From NCBI RefSeq assembly GCF_006345805.1, contig NC_043012.1:48670001-48734000 (forward strand): 64,000 nucleotides of DNA. The letters are read 5' to 3'. Made by a program: the position numbers and the translations under genes. The notes under the pieces were generated by a model. The model ran no database searches. It was given only the letters and a program-made list of their open reading frames with translations, and was not told the DNA's origin. This DNA comes from Octopus sinensis (Eukaryota). Shown piece by piece: positions 13,596 to 27,516 of this stretch; the stretch's first letter is position 1, and each line of letters opens with the position of its first letter.

Positions 13596-15093
13596 GGGGC
13601 AGGTATGGTTAAAATCTGTTTTTTATGCAACCATTGGGTTCTAAGTTCAACTATGCTGCTTGGCATATTTTAGTGTCACTAAGCAAGGCAAAAGTAGGTT
13701 AATAAAAACTAGAGACCACTTGGATAGACATTGCATTTGTTACTCAAAAACTCAGCTTTGTCATTCATTTGCTCCTATTGATTCTAATTGTTTGGAATAT
13801 TCAGCTATTCAGGTTGTACAATGGGCAGGTAGGTGAGTTGAACCAATATACTGACATTATCACCATAACTGAAATGTCCATTTATGTTTACTCTAATCAT
13901 TTTTATGTTGGTTTTTCCAGGCTAGTTCAAAGCTGAATAGGACTTTGAGGCTGCTTTTTATGGCTGTCTGCCCTACCTGACATCAACTCTTTGAGTCACT
14001 TCTTACATCATGCAGTGTGGTTGTGTGTGTGTGTTGTACAGGTGTTAACTGATGTTTTCTGGCTAAATTGTATTTTGTGTTAACATATAAGACAGGTGTG
14101 TTCTTTTTATTACATTGTCTTAAGGATTACATACCTATGGTAGGCAAAGATAGGTGTCAGAGAGAAAGAAATTCTTGGTACAAATTTATATTTATATGTA
14201 CCTGGTTTTATCACTCACAAGGATCCATATAGTTACTTTCTAAACTAGAAAATATACTGTCCCTAATATTAGCCACATAAAGGCACACTGTACATGGTCC
14301 TGAATCTGCCCTTTAGATAACAGGCTTGGCTGGATTTTACCTCAGATTTAAATGATGAAACTGAATAATGATGTCATTTGGTATTTAGTCTCGTACGCCA
14401 TTCTCGAATATAATAACGTAATCCTAATGTCTGATTTAAAAATCATTACAGAGCAATGTCTATTAAAAGCGTTCTTATTCTTAGCTAATCAGTAATTTTG
14501 GCTTAGTCATATAATTTCTAGTTACTGCTGCTAAAGCAAGTGTTTTTAATAGTGTACAGTTACCATCTCAGGCTTGCAGCATGTGTACCATGTTCTGAAG
14601 TTGTAATAGACTGTTTTTAAATCTTCTCTAGTTACCAGTGTATTTTTGTTCTTGTACTTAATTATATACCTGAACGTTATGTTGTAGGTGTGGAATTGAT
14701 AATGTCTAGTGGAAGATAGACACTATTGGAAACCAAATACTCTGTTTACTAATAGAACTAACTAAAAATGTTTTGTTTATCAGTCATAAACTCTGACCAA
14801 ATAATCCAGTGCTCTCTCAGCTTTCTCTTATTCACAATCGAACTACATTACTCTCACTATTTTTGAGGCTTTGCAATGGCCATTCTGTAGCCATTAAAAA
14901 AATTTTTTTTTTCCTTTTTTAATAGCTTGTGTTGTTCCTACATGAACACCTTATTTTTTTGTATATTATAAGGTAGTGGTGTGTGTAATTTAAGTGATAA
15001 TTGGTTACAATTTGTAGCAAATTATACAAAGTATGCTTCATTTTATATGCCTCAGTGTAGTTCTGATGTTGGTTGATTGTTTTTTTTTTTTTT

Positions 15094-15446
15094 TATCTTT
15101 CAGTCATTTAACTGGGGTATATTACCATAAAAGGTTTTAGTTGAACAAATCGACCCTAGGAATTATTTTTTGAAGCCTAGTGCTTTTTCTATCACTCTTT
15201 CTCCAAACCACTACATTACGGGGATGTAAACCCAGCCCCACCAGTTGCAAAGCAGTGATGGAGGATGCACATGCATATATACATACACATGACAGGCTTT
15301 TTTAGTTTCCATCTCCCAAATCCACTCACAAGGCTTTGGTTGGCCTGAGGCTAAAGTAGAAGACACTTGCCTAAGGTGCCACACAGTAGGACTGAACCTG
15401 GAACCATGTGGTTGAGAAGCAAGCTTCTTACCACACAGCCACACCT
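15094..15446 (-). mobile_element. SINE family A
   Basis: caaatccactcacaaggctttggttggcctgaggctaaagtagaagacacttgcctaaggtgccacacagtaggactgaacctggaaccatgtgg...ccacacagccacacct. Confidence 0.9.
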
Positions 15447-18168
15447 TGTTGAAGCTAATTTTGATAGTAATTGAATATTTAGCTTTCAAGTATTTAGCCA
15501 TAAGTTGTAGATCCGTTGTACTATTTGTGATTATGGAAGTAAATATGGTTTGGATTTGTTTACTAATCATCTTCCATCCTAACATTTTGATTTCTGGGAA
15601 TAAACTCCATTGTGATCTTTGATAATTTTAAAGCTTACTTATCTTCCATTGACAGCTGTCAACTTGTGCCAACATCCATTAATAGCTGTGCCACATTTAA
15701 TTTTTTATTTTTGTGTGATGGTCATTCTTTCAGAGCCAATATCTTTTACTGCTTCCAGTAAAATGATGCCCTTCATGAATTTGGATATATTTATAGCATA
15801 TACCAGCTGTGGTTAATATATTTTCATTTTCAAATGTCTCATTTTGTTTTTTTATCTATTTGGTTATTTACTAAGGTCTTTCATTCTGTAAACAGCTCAT
15901 TCCAAGTTTTGTTTTCTTGTTGACAGTTAAGTTCATGCTGACCATACTTCATCCATGACCTGACATTAATTGGTCCCTCCAGTATCATGTTTTCAAAGCT
16001 GGTTCTTTCTACTGGTTTGTTAACAAGGATTCAAATGCTAAGTTATTGGCATAGAATTTAAAAGCTAAAAACAAAACAAAAAAAGTTGATGCTGCTTCTC
16101 GGTTCTTTCCTAAAAAGAAAAAAAAGCTTAAAAAATAACAGCAGTACCCTCACACTAATACTATCCATAACACTTCTGGGTGGATTCTATTATCTCCATT
16201 ATCTGGCACTAGATGTATTTTTCACAAAAACCTAAAACTGAAATTGGGGTCAACTATTGTCGCTTGGCACTGGTTTCAGTCATTGAAATTTTTTTGCTCC
16301 TTCACGGTTGTCAGTTTTACTTTCCATCTTTGTAGGGATAATGGGTGGGGGAGTGCCCTGGAATGGAGGAGTGAAAGAGCAAAATTCCAATGATATTGGA
16401 AAAGTGGTCATATCAGTTGTTTATTGAGCATGCTGTTTTTGGCCTGACTTGAACACATCTACTAAATCCAATCCTTTGCAACAGTATTTTCTGACATTTT
16501 CATTGTGAAGAACTTCTTTTATTAAATGAATTTTCCCACAGACCTCGGGTTTTCTGAGCTGTCTGTTTACTCTCTAAGCCAATTTTATAACTAATAACTC
16601 GTTTTCCTAGTATCAGTTTTCAATTCAAAGCTATATATGCTACATATAACTGAATAATTAGATGTAACTGGGTAATTATACATTTTACACTGCAGCCTTT
16701 TTCAAATTTTGAACCCATTTGTTGACCCCATCAAGGGGTTAGCAGACCTTCAATTGGGAACCATTGTTCTGCTTTTAGAGGAAAGTTTCATTGGCTTGAT
16801 TATTTCACCTAGCTGAACCAACCCACACCTTTGCAAACAGGTTACTTGTTAGTTTGCTATTGTAACCTGAAAAGTGTTAGCATTTTATTATGAACATCAG
16901 CAGATAGTGTCACAATATCTAGTGAGCAGTTATTCTTAGAATAGTCAGGCTCTGACAGTTGTACGGGCAAGCATCATCAACAGAAAATAACTGGCTTGCT
17001 TTAACTTAAATTTATTGTGAATTCTTGTTTCACTGGTTCTTTCCGTTTTCTTTTTTCGTCCAGTGTAGTAAATTAAAACAATTTTTTGTACTGGGTGAAT
17101 GACCTGAGCTCTGAGTGAGATATACTTGTTAGTTTCTTTGATGCTATTTCACTCAGTATATAAAGTAAAAACTGATTTATGCTTTGTTAGGTAACTTTTA
17201 GTTCACCTGTTAAATTGCTCAATAGTGGCATTAGCCCATAATCAAACTGACATATACCATAAATCCTCGAGTATAACACACGGGAGATTTTTAGGGGGCT
17301 GTACCTCTGAAAAACCTAAACCTTGCATGTAATATGCACCCCACTGTCACTGAATCATATTAAACTTAAAATTTGAGAAAGGAGAATCAGTAAAATTAGG
17401 ATGAGCTAATTGTTATAAGGTAGTTTGCTCTTTCATTTTCACAAGCTTCGGAGTGTCAAGGACGTAAACTGCACTTAGGCCATGCTGTAAAGTTTCTGGT
17501 TGGAAGAGTATTTGGTTTTTTAAAAAAAATGCTTAAAAGTCACAACACAAGCAACAATAGTTGTTTTAGTTGCTGCCTGACAGGACTTTGACAAATAGTA
17601 GAGGAAGTTACAGCATTTTTACAAGTATATTGTTGTTCATGGTTGAATGGTACTGAAAAATCTCATTGTGGAGATATTCTTGATTAAACTAAACATACCA
17701 TTACAACCTAACATTAATGGTGTTTAGCTTTTATTTTATATTGTATATGCTGACCTCACAGTCCTGAAATCTTTCAGTACTCTCAATAAGTTAACCTTAT
17801 CCACATAAACATATCAAGAACTTAAGCCTAATAATTTTCTAAACTATTGATATCGCTCTCAGCGATATGCATGTTAGATAATTACCTGTACAGTTTGATC
17901 CCCAATCATTAACATTTCTATCATCCTTTCTTACCTTTCCTTTATCTACTGCATGTTATTACTCTTCTGCTGTTCTCTGCCCCTTTCTTTTTCTGCTCTG
18001 CCAGTCATATTTTCTTCCTATCTTCCAACTGCACCTTCTCACCATGTCACTCCCTAATCCATTTTCCTCCCTTGATAGGAATAGGTTAGGGGGTGATGTC
18101 TCACTACTACTATTTAACTTTCTCCTGTCTCTATTATATGAGTTGCTATGTAGCTCTCTTCTCATACT

Positions 18169-18253
18169 TTAACCCTTCGGCATTCATATTACTTCATCAA
18201 ATGTAATACCTATTCATTCACATTACTTTCAATTAATCGTGCTTTCTCATACC
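18169..18253. mobile_element. family C MITE, one-ended fragment
   Basis: TTAAcccttcggcattcatattacttcatcaaatgtaatacc. Confidence 0.7.
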
Positions 18254-18845
18254 TTCAAGATCTTCGTTTATTTTTAGACTGACATTGTTGGGTAGATGTG
18301 ATTGGCCAGATCTTGCTGTCTGAAGATAAAACATCTGGGCTCGATGGGGTCAATCTCTCATCTCTTAACATAAAGCAACTGCCCTCTTCTGTGTAGCCCC
18401 ACTCAAAGGGGATTTTAGTCTTACAAGCTATATTAGTGATCTTACTGGTATTAATGCCACAGGTAAAAAAAGATACCCTATACACACTGTAAAATGTTAT
18501 TTGGAAGAGTATTCAGTTGTAGAAACCATGCCGAAGTAAACATAGGTGTGCAATGTAGTCCTTGGACCCATAGGAACTTATCGGACCTCTTACCCATGCT
18601 AGAATGGAACATGGACATGGTTTTCTGTCAGTGAGGGTAAATGTATTTTATGTTAACTGTTATCCTCTCCCCTTCATATTTTCTTGGTTTGACAAACTTA
18701 AGAATCTATCTTTGGATGAAAATATTTGTCGTATTGCATCAGTTGTACAAATAACTATAAAATGTCACAAATTTAAATATTATGGAAAGATTAAGCCGAG
18801 ATCATCTCAAAATCATAATTCTTTTTTGGAAAGTTTTTTTTTTTA

Positions 18846-19054
18846 TGGGCGTGTGGTAAGAAGTTTTGCTTTCCAACCTCATGGTTCTGGGTTCAGTCTC
18901 ACTGCATGGCATCTTAGGCAAGTGTCTTCTATAGCCTCAGGCTGACCGAAGATAGAAACTGAAAGAAGCCTGCTGCATGTGTCTTTGTCCTCCACCACCA
19001 TTTGACAGCCAGTGTTGGTGTGTTTATATCCCTGTGACTTAAGTTTCACAAAAA
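18846..19054 (+). mobile_element. SINE family A (first of a head-to-tail pair)
   Basis: gtgtggtaagaagttttgctttccaacctcatggttctgggttcagtctcactgcatggcatcttaggcaagtgtcttc. Confidence 0.85.
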
Positions 19055-19063
19055 TAATTGATC

Positions 19064-19403
19064 AGGAGTAGCTGTATTGTAAGTAGCTTGCTTACCAAGC
19101 ACATGGTTCCGGGTTCATTCCTACTGCGTGGCACCTTGGGTAAGTGTCTACTACTATAGCCTTGGGTTGACCAAAGCCTTGAGTGGATTTTGTGGATGGA
19201 AACAGAAAGAAGCCCATTGTGTGTGTGTGTGTGTGTGTATATGTATGTTTGTGTGTCTGTGTTTGTCCCCCAACATCGCTTGACAACTGATGTTGGTGTT
19301 TACGTCCACATAACTTTGTGGTTCGGCAAAAGAGACCGATAGAATAAGTACTAGGCTTTTAACACCCTCCAGCATGGCTGTAGTCAGATTATTAAAACAA
19401 AAG
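19064..19403 (+). mobile_element. SINE family A (second of a head-to-tail pair)
   Basis: aggagtagctgtattgtaagtagcttgcttaccaagcacatggttccgggttcattcc...gagaccgatagaataagtactaggc...ccagcatggctgtagtcaga. Confidence 0.9.
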
Positions 19404-21501
19404 AAAAAAAAGGACATAAAAGCATGTTCACATTCTCCTATACACACACCCATGTACACAGTTGAAAGGTGAAGCTGGGGAATCTACATAGGATTTGTTT
19501 CTTTTTCTCTTGCAAACTCAAACCTCATCTTGAAAGGCTTCCTACTTTCATTCTTTCCTTTCCTTTCCCCACTCTCATTAGATAAAACTGCTTTGTTTTG
19601 TGATTTTTAATTTGGCCTTGTGTGAGAAACAACAAAGCTGTCTTGAGTTTCCTTTCCTGTTTAGCTTCCATCCATTGCTGCTGGCCCCCCCCCCTGTATG
19701 TGTGTGGATTCAGGAGAACAACTGGTTAATTATGTGGCTTATTCAATGGCCTTTAATGGGGGGCTAGGAGATGTGGTTCAGTGAGTGAGAGAAATGGGTG
19801 TCCCTCTCTCTCTCCTTGGGTGTTTCTCCTTTTTGTTCTTTGTATGCTGCAGAAACACAACAATGGTGGAACATAAACAATGCAATACCATGAATGAAAG
19901 TCTCTTCTGGATGGAAAGATTACATACGCTCTCTCTCTTTCTCTCTCCCCCCTCTCATCTACTCTAGCCACTCATTGTCAACTCTCTCTCCTCTTTTTCT
20001 GTCTCCCACTCCACTTCCTCTTTTTTTCCATCTACCCTCTCTGCCATCCTATTTCTTTGTCCTCATCATTCCCAATAAAAATGTTCAAAGGTAAATCAGC
20101 TGACTCAGCCACTCTTTCCTATTTTCATTTCGCAGCATTTCTTCCTTCTTCCAGCCTTACAATTCTGCTTAATTTATGTTGAATTTTCCCTTTGACATTT
20201 CTCCCACCCCTCCCCAGAAGCACCAGAAGCCATTCAGAATGCTTTTTATGTCAGCTGATTGTCATGTTTACTTCCACAGTTTCCATGCTGGCCTGGGTTG
20301 GACAAGACCTACTGAAGTAACCATCTACAGCTGGTTGTCCTGCTCCTTGCCTGCCTTCACAGGCTACAAGACTCAATTTACAAATATACCATTGCTCAAA
20401 CAATGTCAGTATGAAGATATGGAAATATATTTGGATTTCCATACTTTGTCTATCCAATTTCACTCCCAATGCATTGATCACCCTGAAGTTATAGAAGACA
20501 GGTGCAAGGTGCCATTTTGTGGTGTGGAATCCAATCATTTGGTTGCAATCACACACTCACCTCTCTCTCAAATGTAGCTCATGTTTTCTATTCCATTTCA
20601 TTAGTATTTTTTTAGTTTTTTGTCCAATAGTTTTCATCACACATCTGTAACCTCTTCAGCAACTGTCCCATGTTTCTACTCTTGCCCTGCCCATCCCATT
20701 TTGTGCTGTACTATTTTCTTTCACATATTTTCATACTTTAAGCTTAACACATAGAACAGAAGAGGTTTTAAGTACCAACTCTGGCGTATTTTTACTTCAT
20801 CTTACACCAGTAGCAGTATCTTACCCATCAATGTGTGTGTGTATTTATAGTTCTGGTTTTCATTGTCATTCTTGGCAATAACATACTAAAATAGCTTTTC
20901 TTTTCTAATGTTTCTCTCCTTGGATTCTTTTACTGTTTGTCTTCTATAAAGATTTCCATCATTCATTTGTCCCACATCTTTAAAAAGATGTCAATCTCAT
21001 GTACCACACAGATTTCAGAACAGGTTCCACAATAGCAGGATCTTTGAAAATATAAGATTGCAACTAATGTTTGCAGTTCAGAGTATGCAGCAGTAAAGGT
21101 GACCTTGAAAAATATATAATGCAAAGTGTTCAGACAGATGAGTTTATATCAAAAAGGAAATGCGACATAGTGCTGCATCTTAAACAGAATTTGTGTGTGT
21201 GTGGTGTGTGTGTGTGTGTGTGCGTGTTTCCTTGTGCTGACATTACAGTATCATTCATATTTTGTAATCTTTAGTACAATTTTCAGATTAGGGTAAACTA
21301 TTTCCTTCCTTGGAAACGAGTGTTGGCACAGGAAGAGCATCTGTTTTTAGTCTGCAAAATAACCCAGCCCAACTGACAACACAAGCATGGAGAGGTAGAT
21401 GTTAAAACAATTATGAATTTCATTTCATCCTTTTACTATGTGATAAATGACTCTAGGATTTATCATTTTGTGAGTCCGAAACAATCTCTGCGGCTGCGTA
21501 A

Positions 21502-21831
21502 TAGGTGTAGGCATAGCTGTGTGGGAAGAAGCTTACTTCCCAACCACATGGTTCCGGGTTCAGTCCCACTGCATGTCACCTTGGACAAGTGTCTTCTGTA
21601 GCCTCAGGCCAACCAAAGCCTTGTGAGTGGATTTGGTTGACAGGAATTGAAAGAAGTGTGTGTGTGTGTGTGTGTGTGTGTGTCACCACCCCCACTATGG
21701 TTTGACAATCGATGCTTGACAATTGAATAAGTACTGGGTTTACAAAGAATAAGACCTGGGATTGATTTCTTCAACTAAAAACTCTATAAGGTGGTGTTCC
21801 CGCATGGCCGCAGTCAGATGGAATAAAATAA
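21502..21831 (+). mobile_element. SINE family A
   Basis: taggtgtaggcatagctgtgtgggaagaagcttacttcccaaccacatggttccgggttcagtccc...(TG)n...gcatggccgcagtcagatg. Confidence 0.9.
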
Positions 21832-22865
21832 CAAACAGCCTTCAAACAAATCACCGATCTAAAGAAATTTCATATTGGACTGCATTCTTGTACAAAACAG
21901 ATGGCTTTCCTTTGATCATTTTTGCTTATTTAGGGGAGACCTTGAGTTTAACATTATGGTAGCAATAATCTTTAATTGATCGAGCCAAGGATGTTGAATG
22001 GAGTCTCTAGAATATCATTTTCAACGGGTCTTTAATACAAATATTATTGCACAACACTGTCTCCTGTAGCTGGTTTAAGCCCTAAACTTCTAAGCCAGTA
22101 AATAGTGAATTCCTTTACTAGGATTTTGCATTATTCCGCTTATTGGGGTACAAACCCCAGATACTTGCTAAATTTAAAACTTTTAATTACTCAGCTGTCA
22201 TTCTTATAGTAGCACCTTATTAGAAAAATCTTCACTTAAGCTCCAACTTATTATATAAATATATTTTGTCTTTTAGCAAAGATGTATATTTTTTTATTTT
22301 ATGTGATTTTCAGCTTCATCAGGGGTTGGGATTTAAGTTCATCCTAGTGGAATCAATCAATTTTGTATTTTTGAATTTAAAATGTAGCTTGATGCTATAA
22401 GGCAAATCAAGTGCAAAGTAAATATGTCGGACTAGTTCAGCTGCTGATACTTGCTTCATTCTGTATTTTAGAAGTTTGCTTGATCCTGTGGGAATCACTT
22501 GTCGAGTTGGACTAGTTCAAACTTCATCTACTGGTCTTTCTATCTATATTTTAGAAACCTATTTAATTCTATCAGAATTATATACCAGTTCTAAGTATGT
22601 TTCCTTCAGTAAACAGGTGGCATATGCCGAGGAAGTTTCTCTCCCTTGCCTTAAAACTATGGAGCTAGAGCTAAGATATTAGTCCTGTCTGCATTCTATC
22701 ATTTGATTTGCTCTCTTTTTGCTTTCCTTTTTGCTAGTTGTGTGTTCAATGCAACTGTATCCTGTAAAGCACTTTTTTTTTTCTGCCTGATACAAGGCTA
22801 GTTTTTTTTTTTAGGTTAGGATAGTCAAATGGCTCCAACATGATGTATCAGGTATTATGGTTAAT

Positions 22866-23027
22866 TATCAACATTTAACATCTGTTTTCCATGCTGACAT
22901 GGGTCAGATGACTTGATAGGAACTGGCAAGGCCAGGGGCCACACCAGGTTCCATAGTCTGTTTTAGTTTGTTTTCTACAGCCTGATGCCCTTCCTGATGC
23001 CAACCACTCCGCTTTTTACATGGCACC
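22866..23027 (-). mobile_element. retroposon family B 3' end
   Basis: catttaacatctgttttccatgctgacatggg...tgatgcccttcctgatgccaaccactcc. Confidence 0.8.
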
Positions 23028-23938
23028 ATTCTTAATATATGAATTAGTTGAGACTAAGCACTGTGATTCATTTCTGCAGCTAACTCTACGATGACGCTAT
23101 ATGAATATTGTTTGTCATTTAATTATCTCTAAACTAATTGGCTAAGGCTTGTAGATATTTCTTCTAATTTCTTGGATTTCATTTAGAATATTTTTTGCTA
23201 ATTTAGATATTAATTCCTACTAGACTCTGTTGAATTGCTATAAAAGAGTGCGTGCACCTAATCTTAATGAATTCACCCTTGTTTTGCTTTCCCTTATGAA
23301 ATAAAATTAATTTTGATAAAGGGCTTGTCTAGACTGAACAAAGTGGTTGAGTGAAAAGGAAGATCTGTTATGAAATATGACTTCATTGAATTATAATTAT
23401 GCTGAAATATTTCCGCTTTTCAGAATGGTGTGCTATTATAGCCTTTCATTATATGAGGAACCTATGGTGGCAATCTCGAGGCTTTGCGTGTGTGTGTTTC
23501 ATGCTGAGGGAAGAAAATGTGGGAGGCCTTTCTTTCAATGGCTGTGTGTGTGTTACTCGTTAGTTTGTTTTTGTGTTAATTACCCTTGCTGCTACTACAT
23601 CAGTGAACTGAAACTGCTTTTGATGTTTGTTTCTTTTAGTATCTGATGTTTTTCGAATTAGCTGCTTCTGCTTTCTCCTTCACCAGTTCTTCTTACATAG
23701 TCTTCTTCTTCTTGAAGAAATCAACTTGAAGTTCTTTAAGCATTCTTTATTTTATTATTTCTATAACTAGGGAAAAGCAAACAGAATTTCATGGCATTAA
23801 TTTATGGCAGTGAGGATGTACAAAAGAGTATTGCCTTTAGCCTAGGATCTATTTAGATCCCACCGAAGTGAATGTTGCTCTACATTCTTTTGGATCACGT
23901 AAAATAAGATTCACATGCTGGAGCAGCGACTATTATTT

Positions 23939-24139
23939 AAGGTGGAAAGCTGGCAGAATTGTTAAAATGCTGCACAAAATGCTTAGTATTTTGCCGTTAC
24001 GTTCCGAGTTCAAATTCCACTGAGGTTGACTGCCTTTCACCTTCAGGGTCCATAAATTAAGTACCAGTGAAACACTGGGATCGATGTGATCAACTATCCC
24101 CCCTCCATCAAATTTCAGGCTTTGTGCCTATAGTAAAAA
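23939..24139 (+). mobile_element. tRNA-derived SINE (family D), first of a cluster of about five decayed same-strand copies extending to ~24730
   Basis: agctggcagaattgtt...gagttcaaattccactgaggttgactgcctttc...aaattaagtaccagtgaaacactgggatcgatgtgatcaact...ggctttgtgcc; the same motifs recur degenerate at ~24187, 24352, 24535 and 24628. Confidence 0.8.
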
Positions 24140-25126
24140 TCTGCATCAGAAAAATGTGTAGTAGCAGCTCTTCTCTCTTTATATTTGCAGTTCATATCTC
24201 ACCAAGGTCACCTTTCCTTTATTGTTCCTGAAAGGATGAAAGGCAAAGTACCAGTTGAGTACTAGAGTTGATGTAATTGACTACCCCACCACCACTACCA
24301 CCACTAAAATTAATAGCCTTGTGACTAAATCTGAAGCCATTATTGTTATCTTTAGTGGATTGGAAGAATAGCTAGTCAGACAAAATGCTTTGTATATTCT
24401 AGTTCATGAGTTGATATTCCTCTGGGGTTGATAAAAGAGTATTAATCAGCTACTGGTGATCCAATGGTTTCAACTAACCCCCTCCTCAAGACACTTGGCC
24501 TTGTGCTTAAATTGGAAACATTAAGCACAGTGTCTCAGCAGAATAATAGTTGTGGTATTCTGGCTTTTATGTTCAAAATTCAATTCCTGCTATGGCCAGT
24601 TTTGTCTTTCAGGAACCATCATTGAGAGCAGTGAATTAGCAGAATTATAAGATCAGGTCAAAAATGCCTTACTGTATATGACCACATTGAACTGAGCTCA
24701 AATTTTGTCCTTCATCCCTATTTTGATAAAGGGCTTGTCTAGACTGAACAACTATTTCCTTATTTCTGATCTTTTCTATTAGAAATTGTTATTGGGTCTG
24801 TATTTTCTTATGCTGTGTTCTTTGGCAATAATATTTTCTTTCAATTCTATTTTATCAAGCATAGTAAAAAAGAAAAAAAATGAAAAACAATTGTTAGAAT
24901 ATGAATGACTTCATTGAGAGTAAAATGTCAATGATTTTTCTATTTCTACCTTCTGCCTTATTCTTTGTTGCCATGGCAATTCTACCAACTATTTTAGGTA
25001 GTGGGCTAATAGAGTTAACTACCTGTCAATCTTGCCCCCCCCTCATTTTGAATGAAGGCAGTTAATGACAAGAACTTATCAATTAAGCTAAATTGCTTTT
25101 ATGAAACCAGTTGAATTCAAACACAA

Positions 25127-25161
<35 letters not shown>

Positions 25162-25573
25162 GCATTACTCAGTGATTGCCACCTCCTCCAGCAACAGGGG
25201 AGTAGGACTGAGATCCTTAGATCTGCTACTTAGCAGTAAGGCTTTCCTCTCACTTCAGATTTCTCCCCCCCCCTCCTATCGCCCCCTTTCATCTCTCCAT
25301 ATCTCACTTCTCACCTTCATAACAAGCTACTAGGAAAGGGCAGGTGGCACTTGTAGGAGGTGGAGTAGGAGGAATGCCCCTGATTTTCTTTTATCATCCT
25401 CATCCCACTTTCCCTGCTTCATTCATTCAGTCAGAAATCCATTCATTTTCTTGCTGTCTCAGAAGTCTATTGTCTGCCATCAGAGCCACTGGTTCCCTTG
25501 TCTTTTTATATTTATATTCTCAAACTCTAAACTAACTTCCATACTGACTTCCAAGTTAGTAATTTTAGAAATA

Positions 25574-25762
25574 CTGGTTTCAGATTTTGGCACAAGGCCA
25601 GCAATTTCAGGACTAGGGGTAAGTTGATTACATGGGCCCCAGTACTCAACTGGTACCTTACTGAACCTTTAAGGATGAAAGGCAGTTGACCTCAGCTACA
25701 TTTGAACTGAAAATGTAAAAACTGGACAAAATACTGCTAAGCATTCTGCCCACTCACTGCCT
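25574..25762 (-). mobile_element. SINE family D
   Basis: ttttggcacaaggcc...cagtactcaactggtacc...ggatgaaaggcagttgacctcagc...tttgaactg. Confidence 0.8.
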
Positions 25763-26129
25763 TATAGTAATGTTAGGAATAAGTGTATAGTAACTTCTAT
25801 TGGCAGTATGCATATGTTTATTATAACCAAACAAATACATTGCTATTGAACATTTTGGTTGAAGTTATAATCTTCGTGAAATGATATGAGCAAGTCAAAG
25901 AATATTAAACAATGGACTGGAATTACGACCCAGGATTAGCAGAGTTTTTAAATATTTAAATTTCAGTCTTCAAGAAATTTACAAAACATTTCAGTGGAAG
26001 TTGCTGTCATTTTAATTCCAAGTTTTCTTTGATTGAACAAAGTTATCAAATAGGTTCCTCATATGACCATCTTTTCTGCTTGCTTTAATTTAATTTAAAG
26101 AATTTTTTTTTATAATGTATATCCTTCCT

Positions 26130-26264
26130 TTGGCGTTAGGAAGGGCATCCAGCTGTAGAAACACTGCCAGATCAGACTGGAGTCTGGTGCAGCCCCTGGC
26201 TTCCCAGACCCTGGTCAACCCGTGCTAGCGCGGAAAACGGATGTTAAACGATGATGATGATGAT
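26130..26264 (+). mobile_element. retroposon family B 3' end with intact (GAT)5 tail
   Basis: ttggcgttaggaagggcatccagctgtagaaacactgccagatcagactggag...cggaaaacggatgttaaacGATGATGATGATGAT. Confidence 0.88.
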
Positions 26265-26860
26265 CTGGAACTAGGAAATAAATCTATTTTAATAGGATAT
26301 AACTTTAGTGATATTTAGCTACTTTCAGGAATAATTATTGGATTGACATGTCCGTGCTTATAAGAAATATTTAAGATGTCACTTAAGTGACTAGTATGGC
26401 ACAATATGTCTGGTCTGATCACTGATCCACGCATACTCAGTCATTCCATATTCTAACAAATCTGTGAAAATAATAAAAGCCATGGCAGTTAAGGGAATAG
26501 CTGCTTGAGCGTTTGACATGGTTTTTTCTTCTTTCTGTATTCTTACATGTTGTAGAGATTGCAAGCTTTTAAGTTTTTACAATATAGCTTCAAACATCTG
26601 TAAAACATATCTTAATGTCCAAAGTGATCCCTTGTCATTTATTTTACACTACTGCCTTCACTTCTATTTGGTAGTCTTGTCCCAGTTATCTTCCATAAGG
26701 CTAATACAGTGTCTTTGTAAAAGTTAAATCCAGTAGCATGAGTTTTTGTAAAGCGGGTATTGACATCATGCAGCCTGGTTTTGATCTGGAATGTAATTTT
26801 TTTTTTTTTTTTATATATTATAAAAATTGTCCAAAGTTTGCAGGACACACATTCACACAC

Positions 26861-27022
26861 ACAATCCTTTCTACTACAGGCCTGAAATTTTGTGGGAGTA
26901 GGGCTTGTCAATTACATCAATCCCAGTTCTCACAAGGTACCAACCCTGAAAGGAACTTGACTGGGGCAATTTTTGAACTCTGAATGTAACAAAGGATGAA
27001 ATGCTAACAATTCTGTCAGCTT
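26861..27022 (-). mobile_element. SINE family D, decayed
   Basis: caggcctgaaatttt...attacatcaatcccagt...tttgaactctgaatgtaac...tgctaacaattctgtcagct. Confidence 0.7.
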
Positions 27023-27516
27023 ATTTTTTTCAAAATGTTATTCTGTTGTATTTCTGTCTATGTATGTTTATGCATACAGTTGTGAATGGGATTTTTGTGT
27101 TTTTGGTACATTAAGTTTTTCCTTTTATACTCCTTTCTGTTTTTAACAGTAATGGAACTGACAAACCTATGCTTTACTCTAGGGGTACTTCTGCAGTTAT
27201 GACGTATGAGAACATGCAATTAGTTGCTCCCTTTTATATCTGTATTACCATGTGTGTGGCAATAACATGTCAATACTTAATCTCATTCACCATTTCTAAA
27301 TTGTTAGTTTTCTGTGCTACACACCTAGATTTTTTTTTCCATTAGAAAACAGCTGATCTCAATCGGAATGCATCTCATCAGTAAAGCCTCTAGTGAATTA
27401 AAAGCCACAGCTTATCAGTTCATCCTGGAAAGAAATTTCAAATCCATTATACCTCTGTTCTTGAGAAAGACATTACCAGCACAGCCTACTCTTTTCCAGT
27501 AGCATTATTTTTCAGT

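Noticed and set aside
15650-16330. Faint minus-strand similarity to a hAT BED-finger/N-terminal region
   Set aside because: Only scattered 3-4 residue matches; not distinguishable from chance by eye.
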